Source: Acidimicrobiia bacterium (GTDB taxonomy: Bacteria > Actinomycetota > Acidimicrobiia > Spongiisociales > ZC4RG35). Taken from it: 55,924 nt of DNA. The stretch lies in NCBI GenBank assembly GCA_035461175.1, contig DATHVR010000094.1, positions 1 through 55,924 of the forward strand, written 5' to 3'. Below, in pieces: positions 1 through 9,174 of this stretch (positions within the stretch are counted from its first letter, which is position 1; every line of letters starts with the position of its first letter). The position numbers and the translations under genes are program-made. The notes under the pieces were generated by a model. That model was not told the origin of the DNA. It did no database searches and saw only the letters and a program-made list of their open reading frames with translations.

Positions 1-566
1 GCCCCGACGTCGCGGCGCTGAGTGATCCGACCGAACTCGTGGCTCAGGTGGTGGGCGAACTGGAGATCGCTGCCTCCGACAACGACGTGGCCTATTCGGT
101 GGTGCCGATCCAGCGCGGCGGGATGGTGGGAGTGCCCCAGGCGACCGAGACCAGCACCGACGGTGACCTGTCGGTGACGATCGAGGCGGCGGCCGACGCT
201 CCCTCCTGGTACCGGTTCGCCGGATGGCGGCTGGAGCTCGCCCCCGACGTCCCGTGGCGTCTGATCCTCAACGGAGAGATCGACGCCGATCTACGTGAAG
301 TGGCGGTCGGCTCCGGGGCGGTGGCCGGTTCCGGCGCCATCCGCCTGGGCAGCCCCCCTCAGGGCGGGGCGGGCATCATCCTGGCGGGCGATTTCGTCGT
401 CACCGTTCCCGCCGGAGCGGCGGTCATCGTCGATGGCGAGGCGGTCGTGCCCTCCGGCTGGGAGACGTCGGGTGATCGCCACCTCTCGCCCACGGCCGTC
501 GACGGCGCCGACGTCTGGCGGCTCACGATCCAGGGAGACGTCCCCGTCACCGTGCGGGAAGGCTGA
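1..566 (+). CDS. Hypothetical protein, probably 5'-truncated by the window edge
   Basis: Open frame 39..566 with GC-rich coding-like codon usage and beta-strand-like composition; no recognisable motif. Confidence 0.55.
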   Translation, partial: PDVAALSDPTELVAQVVGELEIAASDNDVAYSVVPIQRGGMVGVPQATETSTDGDLSVTIEAAADAPSWYRFAGWRLELAPDVPWRLILNGEIDADLREVAVGSGAVAGSGAIRLGSPPQGGAGIILAGDFVVTVPAGAAVIVDGEAVVPSGWETSGDRHLSPTAVDGADVWRLTIQGDVPVTVREG

Positions 567-596
567 AGTCCCCGGCGTGGATAGACTCTGCCACCG

Positions 597-1841
597 ATGC
601 CGAACCCCCTGACCCGAGCCGAGGCCCTGCGCCGGATCGCCTTCACCGTCTGGGCCACCATCGGTGTCATCGCACTGATCTGGATCTTCCTGGTCGTGGC
701 CGACTCGGTGCGGATCATCTGGCTGCCTCTCGCCTTTGCCGGCGGCCTCACCCTTCTGCTCAACCCCGTCGTCGACGCTCTGGAACGTGTCCGCGTCCCC
801 CGGCTTCTCGGCACGATCTTCGCCTTCCTGGTGGCGGCGAGCCTGATCGCCGCCACCGTGGTGCTCCTCATCCCCGCCCTCCAGGAGCAGGGGAGCGACT
901 TCGCCGCCCAGCTGCCCAGCCTCTACGACGGAGTCGTCCGGTGGCTCAACGAGGTCTCGGAGACGGTCGGAATCGACCTGGGCGAGGTCTGGACCTCGGA
1001 GACGATCAAGGAGTGGATCCAGAACCCCGACAACCAGGCCACGATCCAGGACCTCCTCGGTGGCTTCGGCTCGGGCGCGGGACGCATCCTGCGCGGAGTG
1101 ACCGAGACCATCGCCGTCGCCCTGCTCGCCCCCGTCCTTGCCTTCTACATGCTGATGGACTCCACCAAATTCAAGCAGCGCAGCCTCGAGCTGACTCCTC
1201 CCCCGCACCGGGAGGAGGTCAGCTACGTCACCGGCCAGGTGGTGACGGCACTCGGCTCGTTCGTGCGGGGCCAGCTCCTGGTGGCGCTGATCGTGGGGAT
1301 CCTCTCCAGCATCGGCCTGTATTTCCTCGATCTGCCCTTCTGGCTGCTGATCGGTCTCACCGCCGGCTTCCTCAACCTGGTCCCCTTCGTGGGGCCATTC
1401 GTCGGCGGGGCACTGGCCGCCATCGTCGCCCTGTTCAACGGCTCGCTCTCGCAGGCGCTGTGGGCGGTGGGCATCTTCACCGCCATCCAGCAGTTCGACA
1501 ACCACGTGGTCACCCCGCTGGTGCAACGGGCCCGGGTCAATCTCTCTCCGCTCGTCATCGTGCTCGCCCTGATCGCCGGTGGCTCCCTGGCAGGTTTGCT
1601 CGGAGTGGTGCTGGCGGTACCCATCGTCACCGCCCTCCGCATCGTCGCCGGCCACCTGTGGCGGACGCGGGTGCTGGGGGAGTCGTGGCAGGAGGCCAGC
1701 GACGCCATGATCGAGATCACCGAGCGCCCCGAGCGGATGACCGTCCGCCGCCGTCGTGTGGAAGGCGACCAGCAACGCCTGTTCGACACGGCCGAAACCC
1801 CCGTAGTGAGCAACAAACCAGCCGAGCCGACCAGCGGATGA
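597..1841 (+). CDS. AI-2E (PerM/UPF0118) family transporter
   Basis: Multi-TM protein with family-like segments PLAFAGGLTLLLNPVV, LNLVPFVGPFVG and QQFDNHVVTPLV...LSP. Confidence 0.9.
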   Translation: MPNPLTRAEALRRIAFTVWATIGVIALIWIFLVVADSVRIIWLPLAFAGGLTLLLNPVVDALERVRVPRLLGTIFAFLVAASLIAATVVLLIPALQEQGSDFAAQLPSLYDGVVRWLNEVSETVGIDLGEVWTSETIKEWIQNPDNQATIQDLLGGFGSGAGRILRGVTETIAVALLAPVLAFYMLMDSTKFKQRSLELTPPPHREEVSYVTGQVVTALGSFVRGQLLVALIVGILSSIGLYFLDLPFWLLIGLTAGFLNLVPFVGPFVGGALAAIVALFNGSLSQALWAVGIFTAIQQFDNHVVTPLVQRARVNLSPLVIVLALIAGGSLAGLLGVVLAVPIVTALRIVAGHLWRTRVLGESWQEASDAMIEITERPERMTVRRRRVEGDQQRLFDTAETPVVSNKPAEPTSG

Positions 1842-1842
1842 T

Positions 1843-1972
1843 TTTGTCCCCCACGAAGTGCAGCCGGTAGGGAGAAGGCTCTGAGGCGCGCTCTGCCCGA
1901 CCCCTCCGGGGTCAGAGCCCTACCCCGCTTCGCGGGGACCCCTTCCCCCCTCGCTTCCCTCTGGGGGACAAA
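1843..1972. repeat. REP/MITE-like palindromic element, family A copy 1
   Basis: 11-bp terminal inverted repeat TTTGTCCCCCA (1843-1853) / TGGGGGACAAA (1962-1972); 1881-1972 is a reverse-complement homologue of 8828-8917. Confidence 0.8.
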
Positions 1973-1983
1973 GGGGTTTTGGC

Positions 1984-2011
1984 TTCCGACTCCCGACTTC
2001 CGACTTCCGAC
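1984..2011. repeat. Heptamer tandem repeat (TTCCGAC)x4
   Basis: TTCCGAC TCCCGAC TTCCGAC TTCCGAC read directly; reverse complement of the GTCGGAA repeat at 40188-40259. Confidence 0.9.
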
Positions 2012-2037
2012 TTGAAGCCGAGGCCGCCTGACCCGTA

Positions 2038-2769
2038 TCAAGTCTCGCCCAGGTACGCCTTGCGCATCTGGGGGTTGGCCAGCAGGCCCTCGGCGGTGTC
2101 GTTGAGGACTACCTCGCCGGTCTGGAGCACGTAGCCGCGGTCGGCGATGGAGAGGGCCATGTTGGCGTTCTGCTCGACCATGAAGATGGTGGTGCCAGCC
2201 CGGTTGATCTGGTCGATGATCTCGAAGTTCTGGGCCACCAGCACCGGGGCCAGGCCCATCGAAGGCTCGTCCATCAGGAGGATTTTGGGCTTGGCCATCA
2301 ATGCCCGGCCCATTGCCACCATCTGCTGCTCACCACCGGAGAGCGTCCCGGCCTTCTGATTGAGCCGCTCCTTGACCCGGGGGAACATCTCAAAAATGCG
2401 CTCGATGTCGTCGTCGAGGTTTTCCCTGTCCTCGCGCAGGTAGGCACCGATCTCGAGGTTCTCCTGGACCGTCATCCGCTTGAAGAGACGCCGGTTCTCG
2501 GGAACCATCGACACCCCGGCCTTGACCCGGTCGGCGGTGGTCCAGTCGTTGGCATTTTCCCCGTTCAGATAGACGGCCCCGGAGGTCGGGGCCACGATCC
2601 CCAGGATGGTCTTGAGAGTGGTCGTCTTACCCGAGGCGTTGCCACCCAGCAGGCACACCATCTCACCTTCGTAGATCTCGATGTCCACATCCTTGAGGAT
2701 GTGGGCGGCCCCATAATGGGTATTGATCCCCCGGAACTCGAGGACGGGTTCGCGGCCGTTCTCGCTCAT
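2038..2769 (-). CDS. livF: Branched-chain amino acid ABC transporter ATP-binding protein
   Basis: Walker A GGNASGKT, signature LSGGEQQM, Walker B LLMDEPS; last gene of the liv operon. Confidence 0.93.
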   Translation of the reverse strand: MSENGREPVLEFRGINTHYGAAHILKDVDIEIYEGEMVCLLGGNASGKTTTLKTILGIVAPTSGAVYLNGENANDWTTADRVKAGVSMVPENRRLFKRMTVQENLEIGAYLREDRENLDDDIERIFEMFPRVKERLNQKAGTLSGGEQQMVAMGRALMAKPKILLMDEPSMGLAPVLVAQNFEIIDQINRAGTTIFMVEQNANMALSIADRGYVLQTGEVVLNDTAEGLLANPQMRKAYLGET

Positions 2770-3557
2770 GCGGTGCTCTTCCCTTCGGCCGGCCGACCCA
2801 GATAGGCCTCGATCACGTCTTCGTTGTTCGAGACCTCGGCATAGGAGCCCTCGGCGATCTTGACTCCGTGGTCGAGCACGACCACGCGGTCGGAGACATT
2901 GCCAACCACCTTCATGTCGTGTTCAATCATGACCACGGTGAAACCCTTCTCGCTTCTCAGCTTGCCGATCAGATCGGTCAGTTCGGCCGTCTCCATTGGG
3001 TTCATGCCCGCAGTGGGCTCGTCCAGCAGCAGCAGAGTGGGCTCGGTGCCCATCGCCCGGGCAATCTCCAGCCGACGCCGGTTGGCATAGGAGAGGACGA
3101 AGGCGGGCTGGTCGAATCGATACCCGACCAGGCGGCTGCCGAAGAACGAGAGGATCTCCTTGGATTTCTCCTCGATCTCCCGCTCCTCGCGCTTGAAGCC
3201 CGGGGTCTGGAAGATGGCGCTGAAGATGCCCTTCCTGGTTCGGCAGTGCTGGCCGACCTTTACGTTCTCGAGAACGGTCAGGTTGGGGAACAGCCGCACG
3301 TTCTGGAAGGTGCGGGCGATCCCCGCCTCGGTGATCTCCGAGGGGCTGTGGCCGGCGATGTCGAGACCCTGAAAGATGATCCGGCCCTCGTCGGGGGGAA
3401 ACATCCCCGAGATCACATTGAAGAATGAGGTCTTGCCGGCGCCATTCGGTCCGATCACCGACACGATCTCGCCCTCGTCGATCGAAAAGTCCACCCCGCC
3501 AATCGCCTGGACACCGCCGAAGGCCTTCTTCAGGCCCGTGATTTCCAGCAGGGGCAT
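2766..3557 (-). CDS. livG: Branched-chain amino acid ABC transporter ATP-binding protein
   Basis: MPLLEITGLKKAFGG start at 3557; GPNGAGKT, ARTFQNVRLF, LSYANRRRLEIARA, LLLDEPTAG. Confidence 0.93.
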   Translation of the reverse strand: MPLLEITGLKKAFGGVQAIGGVDFSIDEGEIVSVIGPNGAGKTSFFNVISGMFPPDEGRIIFQGLDIAGHSPSEITEAGIARTFQNVRLFPNLTVLENVKVGQHCRTRKGIFSAIFQTPGFKREEREIEEKSKEILSFFGSRLVGYRFDQPAFVLSYANRRRLEIARAMGTEPTLLLLDEPTAGMNPMETAELTDLIGKLRSEKGFTVVMIEHDMKVVGNVSDRVVVLDHGVKIAEGSYAEVSNNEDVIEAYLGRPAEGKSTA

Positions 3558-5347
3558 CAGACTTTCTCCTTCTCCGTTTCGGCAGACTCGCTGCCCTTGT
3601 CGAGCCAGGCGTCCTGGAGGAACTCCTCCTGATGCAACTCCTGGGCTCTTCGTGCCGAGGGAATCAGACCTTCGGGTTTGTTGAGCATCATGAACACCAG
3701 CAGGGCACCGTATATGAGGAGCTTGAACTCGCCGAACTCCTGGAGAAGGCCTGGCTGGTTGGGTCCGCCGAGCACACCGATCAGCAGGAGGGCGCCCACC
3801 GCCACCCCGGCGATGCTGCCCATGCCGCCCACGATGACGATGACGAGGATGATGATCGAGACGATGATTTCGAACGAGTTGGTGAAAACCGACCCGACCT
3901 TGGCCGAGAACAGCGCTCCGGCGAATGAGGCCAACACGGCACCGGTGACGAACGCCAGCAGCTTGGCCCGAACGGTGTCGACCCCCACCGCCTCGGCCAC
4001 GTCCTCGTCCTCGCGCATCGCCGCCCAGGCCCGCCCGACCCGCGAGTCCTGCAGGCGCCACGAGATGTAGGCCGACACCGCCACGAAGAAGAGGATGGCG
4101 TAGATGAAGAGGTCGGGGGTGGTGGCGTTGATGAAGTTGTCCTCGCCGGGGAGGGGAATGCCGGGAATGCGGCGGATCCCCTGGGCGCCTCCGAAATAGG
4201 GGGAGAGCCAATCGGAGAGCAGGACCAGACGCACGATCTCGCCGAAACCGAGGGTGACGATTGCCAGGTAGTCCCCCCGCATCCGGAGGACCGGCGTTCC
4301 CACCAAGAGCCCGGCGATGGCGGCGGCGATGAGCACAACGGGAAAGGCGAGCCACCAGGACAGCTCGGGGTTGAAAGCGGGTGAGAGCGGCGAGGTGAGT
4401 ACCGCGGTCGTGTAGGCCCCGACCGCGAAGAAGGCCACGTACCCGAGGTCGAGCAAGCCGGCCGAACCGACCACGATGTTGAGCCCCAGCGCCATCAGGA
4501 GGAACAAACCGACGTTAGTGAGCAACTCGTTGATGATCCCGCCCAGGAACTGGGGCAGGATCAACACGATCAAGAAGACGATGCCGGCCAGGATCAGTGA
4601 CTTCCGCGTCTGCCGCTTGGGATCCGGGTCGGCGACCATTTCCCGCACGCCCTTCACCCGGCCGGGGAGGTACAGGCCCAGCGCCACCGCCGCCACGAAG
4701 ACGACGATTGCGGCCGTCACGGAGAGACCGCCCCGGGAGGCATAGAGGAAGTCGGGGATCGTCTCGAACCAGTCGAACAGGTCGTCGATCACTGCCTGGA
4801 ACACCGCCAGGATGACCAGCGTTTCGAAGCCGATCAGTAGGGCTTTCCGGATCCGGTCGGGCATCATACCGAGACTGGATCCGACTAGTCCGGCCACTCC
4901 GGCGCCTACCACCACTAGGACTGCACCGGTCCCCAGTCCCTGGTCGAGTGTGAGCAATTGCACCAGCACCGGGCTGAGCTTGGGAAAAACGGAGCGCATT
5001 CCGGGGAAGGCGTCGACGATGACGGCGAACAGGGCGAGGATCCCACCGGCTATGAGTCCGGCCATCAGCCCGGCCATGACGTCCGCCCCGGTACGGGGGG
5101 CGGTTTCGATTCCCTCGATGTGCTTGCGGCGGGTGAACATCCACCCGGCCACGACGGGGATGGCGAAGAGGAGGGCATAGCCGAGGCTGAGGATGGGGCT
5201 GATGATCAGTCGCCCGTTGAAGGCAGCGAGCATCCCGATGGCCGAGACAAATACCATGATCAGGCCGGCCAGTGCCCCAACCCGCAGCACCCGGCGCAGG
5301 TCGAAGGTGGAGGAGGCCACGGTGGTGGGAGCGGTGGTCGTCGTCAT
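3557..5347 (-). CDS. livM: Branched-chain amino acid ABC transporter permease with long N-terminal membrane extension
   Basis: LGLNIVVGSAGLLDLGYVAF, LRMRGDYLAIVTLGFGE, AMREDEDVAEAVG motifs. Confidence 0.9.
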   Translation of the reverse strand: MTTTTAPTTVASSTFDLRRVLRVGALAGLIMVFVSAIGMLAAFNGRLIISPILSLGYALLFAIPVVAGWMFTRRKHIEGIETAPRTGADVMAGLMAGLIAGGILALFAVIVDAFPGMRSVFPKLSPVLVQLLTLDQGLGTGAVLVVVGAGVAGLVGSSLGMMPDRIRKALLIGFETLVILAVFQAVIDDLFDWFETIPDFLYASRGGLSVTAAIVVFVAAVALGLYLPGRVKGVREMVADPDPKRQTRKSLILAGIVFLIVLILPQFLGGIINELLTNVGLFLLMALGLNIVVGSAGLLDLGYVAFFAVGAYTTAVLTSPLSPAFNPELSWWLAFPVVLIAAAIAGLLVGTPVLRMRGDYLAIVTLGFGEIVRLVLLSDWLSPYFGGAQGIRRIPGIPLPGEDNFINATTPDLFIYAILFFVAVSAYISWRLQDSRVGRAWAAMREDEDVAEAVGVDTVRAKLLAFVTGAVLASFAGALFSAKVGSVFTNSFEIIVSIIILVIVIVGGMGSIAGVAVGALLLIGVLGGPNQPGLLQEFGEFKLLIYGALLVFMMLNKPEGLIPSARRAQELHQEEFLQDAWLDKGSESAETEKEKV

Positions 5348-6450
5348 GCCCGGTCCTCCGAGCCGAGCTGCTCACCGAAAAGCCCGGAAGGACGGAAGAT
5401 CAACACCAGCACCAGAGCGGTAAACGCCACCACGTCCTTGAGCTGGGAAACGCCTGGGATACCGAGCCCATCGAGGATGAGCAGCGGGCCTACTCCCTCG
5501 AAGATGCCGAGGAGGACACCGCCCCCCATGGCTCCCACCAGGTTGCCGATGCCGCCGAGGACGGCGGCGGTGAAGGCCTTGATTCCGGGGATGAAACCGC
5601 TGAAGAAGTTCACGGAGCGGAACAGGAGCGCCCACATCAGGCCGGCCACTCCGGCCATGGCGCCGCCAACGGCGAAGACGGTGACGATGGTCTTGTCCAC
5701 GTCGATGCCCATAAGACCGGCGATTTCCTTGTCTTCGGCCACCGCCCGCATGGCACGTCCGGTCTTGGTCCGGGTCACGAAGTACCACAGAGCGATCATG
5801 GATGCCACCGCCACCCCGATCACGACCAGGCTGGTCACGGGAAAGCGGAGCCCGAACGCCTCGATGAATCCGGTCAGTTGGGGCGGGGCCTGGGGATAGG
5901 TGCTGAAGCCGACGCCGAATAGTCCCGAGAAGGTGTACTGCAGGAAGAACGAGACCCCGATCGAGGTGATGAGGGGGATCAAGCGGGGAGCGCCGCGCAG
6001 CGGGCGATAGGCGATTCGCTCCACAAGAACTGCCACCAAGGTGGAGGTGAACATCGCCACCGCCAGCACGATGAGGAGCGAGAGAAACGGATTGGAGGCC
6101 CAGACTCCGGCATCGAACAGCCAGTTGGCGGCGATGAATCCCACCATGGCGCCGGACATGAACACTTCGCCGTGGGCAAAGTTGATGAAGCCGAGGACGC
6201 CGTAGACCATCGAGTATCCGAGGGCCAGGAGCCCATACATCGCTCCCTGAGAGATTCCGGCAATGAGCAGGTCGGTCCACTGCCGTGCAGAGAGGCCCTC
6301 GCCAGCCATGAACTTGCCGATCGATCCGATCAGGCCCCATGTGATGATGATGATGGCACCGACGCGGATCGTCCACAGGAAGATGTCGACCCAGTTGGCG
6401 CGGAATCTCGTGGTGGGGGATCTCTCCGCGGCCGATACGGTCTGAGTCAT
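5344..6450 (-). CDS. livH: Branched-chain amino acid ABC transporter permease
   Basis: LLALGYSMVYGVLGFINFAHGE, GRAMRAVAED, KAFTAAVLGGIG motifs. Confidence 0.92.
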   Translation of the reverse strand: MTQTVSAAERSPTTRFRANWVDIFLWTIRVGAIIIITWGLIGSIGKFMAGEGLSARQWTDLLIAGISQGAMYGLLALGYSMVYGVLGFINFAHGEVFMSGAMVGFIAANWLFDAGVWASNPFLSLLIVLAVAMFTSTLVAVLVERIAYRPLRGAPRLIPLITSIGVSFFLQYTFSGLFGVGFSTYPQAPPQLTGFIEAFGLRFPVTSLVVIGVAVASMIALWYFVTRTKTGRAMRAVAEDKEIAGLMGIDVDKTIVTVFAVGGAMAGVAGLMWALLFRSVNFFSGFIPGIKAFTAAVLGGIGNLVGAMGGGVLLGIFEGVGPLLILDGLGIPGVSQLKDVVAFTALVLVLIFRPSGLFGEQLGSEDRA

Positions 6451-6541
6451 GTGTCCCTCGGGTCGATGAGGGCACCGTTATAGCAGGGGGGGTGCGGCCA
6501 TGCCGCACCCCCCCAGGTCGAATCCGGATTGGAAGTGGCGA

Positions 6542-7933
6542 TCAGCCTTCTTCCAGACCGCTGAACGAGTACACGACCTCCATCTGGGTGGCGTCGGTCA
6601 CAGACGAGTCGGCGTGCAACACGATCTGGATCTCCTGGGCGCCGCAGTCGCCGAACTCATCACAGGCGAGTCCGCCGATCAAGCCTTGGAAGGAAGTTGC
6701 CTCGATCGCATCCCGCAGGGCCTGGCGGCCGATGCTGAGCGATCCGTCGTCGCCTTCCACGGCCACCTCGTCGATGGCGCTGAGAAGCATGGTGGTGGCG
6801 TCGTACGAGTGGGCCCAGAAGGCGGCCGACGGAGCTTCACCGTAGGTGTCGTTGTAGGTGGCCAGGAAGTCGCTGGCCGAGACACCGGTGATCTCGTTGG
6901 CGTTGCCCTCGAACTGGAGGCTCGGACCGGAGAAGTACATCCCCTCCGATTCGGGCAGACCCAGGAAGTTCGCCACCAACAGGCCGTCGGCGGCGATCAG
7001 GGTCGTCTCCTCGAAGCCTTCCACTCCGCCGATCTGCTGGACGATGAAGTCACCCTCCGGCGGGAAGATCGGGAAGTAGAGCGCCTCCGGCGAACCCGAA
7101 GCTGCCTCCGAGAGCACCCCGCTCATGTCGGTGTCGCCCTTGTTCACGGCCGTGAAGGTCGTGATGGTACCGCCGAGTTCCTCGAACGCATCGGCGAACG
7201 CCTGGGCGAGACCCTGGGTATAGGGGTCGCCGTCGTGGATCGCCGCCGCCGTCGTGAGGCCCAGATCGTCGTAGACGAAGTTGGCCACGGCCCGACCCTG
7301 GAAAAGGTCGTTGTGGGCGGTGCGGTAGTAGCCCTCGTGCCAGTCGGTCCCGGCCGTGCCGGCCAGGTCCGAGGTCAGCGAAGGTGAGGTGTTCGACGGG
7401 CTGATCATGACCATGCCGGCGTCGCTGATCAGCGGCGAGGCCGCCACCGCCGCGCCGGAGCACGAGGTGCCGATCACGCCGAGGACCTGCTGGTCGGCGA
7501 CGATGGTCTGGGCCGCAGCCTGGCCACCTTCGTTCGAGCAGAGGTCGTCGAGGCCAGTGCCCATATCGACGTCGTGGCCCTTGATCTGTCCGTAATCCTC
7601 GATCGCCAGCTCCATGGCGCGCTCGTTGGGAATACCCAGGGTGGCCACCTCGCCGGAGATGGCGTTGAGGGAGCGAACCTGAATGGCATCGCCTTCGGCG
7701 ACGGTCACGGTGCCGAGGGGGTCTTCCTCCATCGGCGTGGTGTCGTCAGGGGCTTCGGTGTCGTCGGGCGCTTCCGTGTCGTCGGGAGCTTCTGTGTCGT
7801 CGGGTGCCTCGGTCGGCGCGGTGGTGTCACCGGGAGCCGCCGTGGTATCTGCCGGCTCGTCGCCGCCGCAAGCGGCGAGTACGAGCGCGAGCACTGCGAC
7901 GAGAGACAGGAGCCTGATGAGTCGTTTGCTCAT
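6542..7933 (-). CDS. livK: Branched-chain amino acid ABC transporter substrate-binding lipoprotein
   Basis: MSKRLIRLL start at 7933, lipobox LAAC, acidic EAPDDT linker repeats, periplasmic-binding-protein motifs (ISPSNTSPSLT, YYRTAHND); first gene of the operon. Confidence 0.9.
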   Translation of the reverse strand: MSKRLIRLLSLVAVLALVLAACGGDEPADTTAAPGDTTAPTEAPDDTEAPDDTEAPDDTEAPDDTTPMEEDPLGTVTVAEGDAIQVRSLNAISGEVATLGIPNERAMELAIEDYGQIKGHDVDMGTGLDDLCSNEGGQAAAQTIVADQQVLGVIGTSCSGAAVAASPLISDAGMVMISPSNTSPSLTSDLAGTAGTDWHEGYYRTAHNDLFQGRAVANFVYDDLGLTTAAAIHDGDPYTQGLAQAFADAFEELGGTITTFTAVNKGDTDMSGVLSEAASGSPEALYFPIFPPEGDFIVQQIGGVEGFEETTLIAADGLLVANFLGLPESEGMYFSGPSLQFEGNANEITGVSASDFLATYNDTYGEAPSAAFWAHSYDATTMLLSAIDEVAVEGDDGSLSIGRQALRDAIEATSFQGLIGGLACDEFGDCGAQEIQIVLHADSSVTDATQMEVVYSFSGLEEG

Positions 7934-8044
7934 TTGTTTCCTTCCTCCGTTTAGTGAGAGACGCGCTCTGGTCAGAACGCGTCCCGCTGCAATATACCGG
8001 CTTCGGGCGCCGGAAGACATTGCGATACCGTTTGGCGCCTGGAG

Positions 8045-8767
8045 GTGATCGACGTGGAGATCGAGGAACTGGCCGGAAAGGAGAGCTATCTCGACCGGTC
8101 TGAAGGGTCGGTTCTGGCGGCCGACGACGGAATCGTGGTGCTGGACCGGACCGTGTTCTACGCCCGCGGCGGTGGCCAGCCGGGCGACACCGGCATCATC
8201 CGTTGGGACGGTGGCGAGGTGCAGGTGACGGACACGGTCCGGCGGGATGGGCGTCTGGTCCATGTGGTCGACGCGGAGAACCTTCCTGAGCCGGGGGCGC
8301 CGGTGGAAGGGATCATCGATTGGGATCGCCGCTACACGATCATGCGCACCCACACCGCTCTCCACGCCCTCTCCGGGGTGGTGTGGCGGGACTTCGGGGC
8401 CAAGGTCACCGGCGGCAACATGGAAGAAGGCACTGCCCGGATGGACTTCGAACTCGACTCGATCAGCACCGAGTTCGGCCGGGAGGTAGAGCGCAAGCTC
8501 AACGAGGAACTCGTCAAGGGTTATCCCACCGAGATCGTCTACCTGGCCCGGGATGCCGCCGTCAAAGATCCCGATCTGATCCGCACCAAGGTCAACCTCA
8601 TTCCCGAATGGGTCGCAGAGATCCGGGTGGTCGACATCGTCGGCCTCGATCGCCAGGCCGACGGCGGCACCCACGTCCGCTCCACGCTCGAAGTAGGCCG
8701 GATCGAGGTCGTCAAGACTGAGTCCAAAGGCAAAGCCAACAAACGCATGAAGATCCAGTTGAAGTAG
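8045..8767 (+). CDS. alaX: Alanyl-tRNA editing protein (AlaX family)
   Basis: TVFYARGGGQPGDTG, HTALH and DGGTH (normally CGGTH) editing-site motifs. Confidence 0.9.
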   Translation: MIDVEIEELAGKESYLDRSEGSVLAADDGIVVLDRTVFYARGGGQPGDTGIIRWDGGEVQVTDTVRRDGRLVHVVDAENLPEPGAPVEGIIDWDRRYTIMRTHTALHALSGVVWRDFGAKVTGGNMEEGTARMDFELDSISTEFGREVERKLNEELVKGYPTEIVYLARDAAVKDPDLIRTKVNLIPEWVAEIRVVDIVGLDRQADGGTHVRSTLEVGRIEVVKTESKGKANKRMKIQLK

Positions 8768-8827
8768 GACGGAGGTCGGAACCCAGACCCACCTCTGAGC
8801 TCCCCTAGGGAAGCTTGTCCCCTGAGC

Positions 8828-8917
8828 TTTGTCCCCCGAAGCGAAGCGAGGGGGGAAGGGACCCGCCGTCAGGCGGGTAGGGGGCGACCCGAAGGGGTCG
8901 GGCAGAGCGAGCCTCAG
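8828..8917. repeat. REP/MITE-like element, family A copy 2
   Basis: TTTGTCCCCC...GAAGCGAGGGGGGAAGGG...GGGGTCGGGCAGAGCG(A/C)GCCTCAG shared with the reverse complement of 1881-1972. Confidence 0.8.
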
Positions 8918-9081
8918 ATCTCACCACAGGTCATGGCCGGAGGGGGCAGCACTCCGATCTCGGCCTGGTGGCGTGCCGGTGCCCGCCGGGCCTGGTGGGC
9001 ACGGCGGGCGTTGTGGGCGTCGATGAGCAGATCCTGTCGGCGGGCCCGGGCCAGGGCCGCGGCGGTGATGGGGTTGAACAT
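8914..9081 (-). CDS. Small hypothetical protein, 55 aa (MFNPITAAALARARRQDLLIDAHNARRAHQARRAPARHQAEIGVLPPPAMTCGEI)
   Basis: Translated by hand (below the ORF-track length); ATG preceded by GAGGAGG at 8-nt spacing; divergent from the WYL regulator. Confidence 0.65.
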   Translation of the reverse strand: MFNPITAAALARARRQDLLIDAHNARRAHQARRAPARHQAEIGVLPPPAMTCGEI

Positions 9082-9133
9082 TCCGGCTGCCTCCTCTGCA
9101 GTCGGCTACTTACAAGGGTGAAATTACGCCTCA

Positions 9134-9156
9134 ATGTGGACAGATCCGGTCCGCAT
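9134..9156. promoter_or_regulatory. Candidate operator ATGTGGAC-N7-GTCCGCAT
   Basis: Inverted repeat with 7/8 arm match in the short gap between the small ORF and the WYL gene. Confidence 0.5.
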
Positions 9157-9174
9157 AGACCAAAATCTGTGCGA

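Noticed and set aside
7739-7810. 18-bp tandem repeat (EAPDDT x4) in livK, and Thr-rich repeats at about 13360-13480
   Set aside because: Ordinary low-complexity lipoprotein linkers with synonymous variation between units
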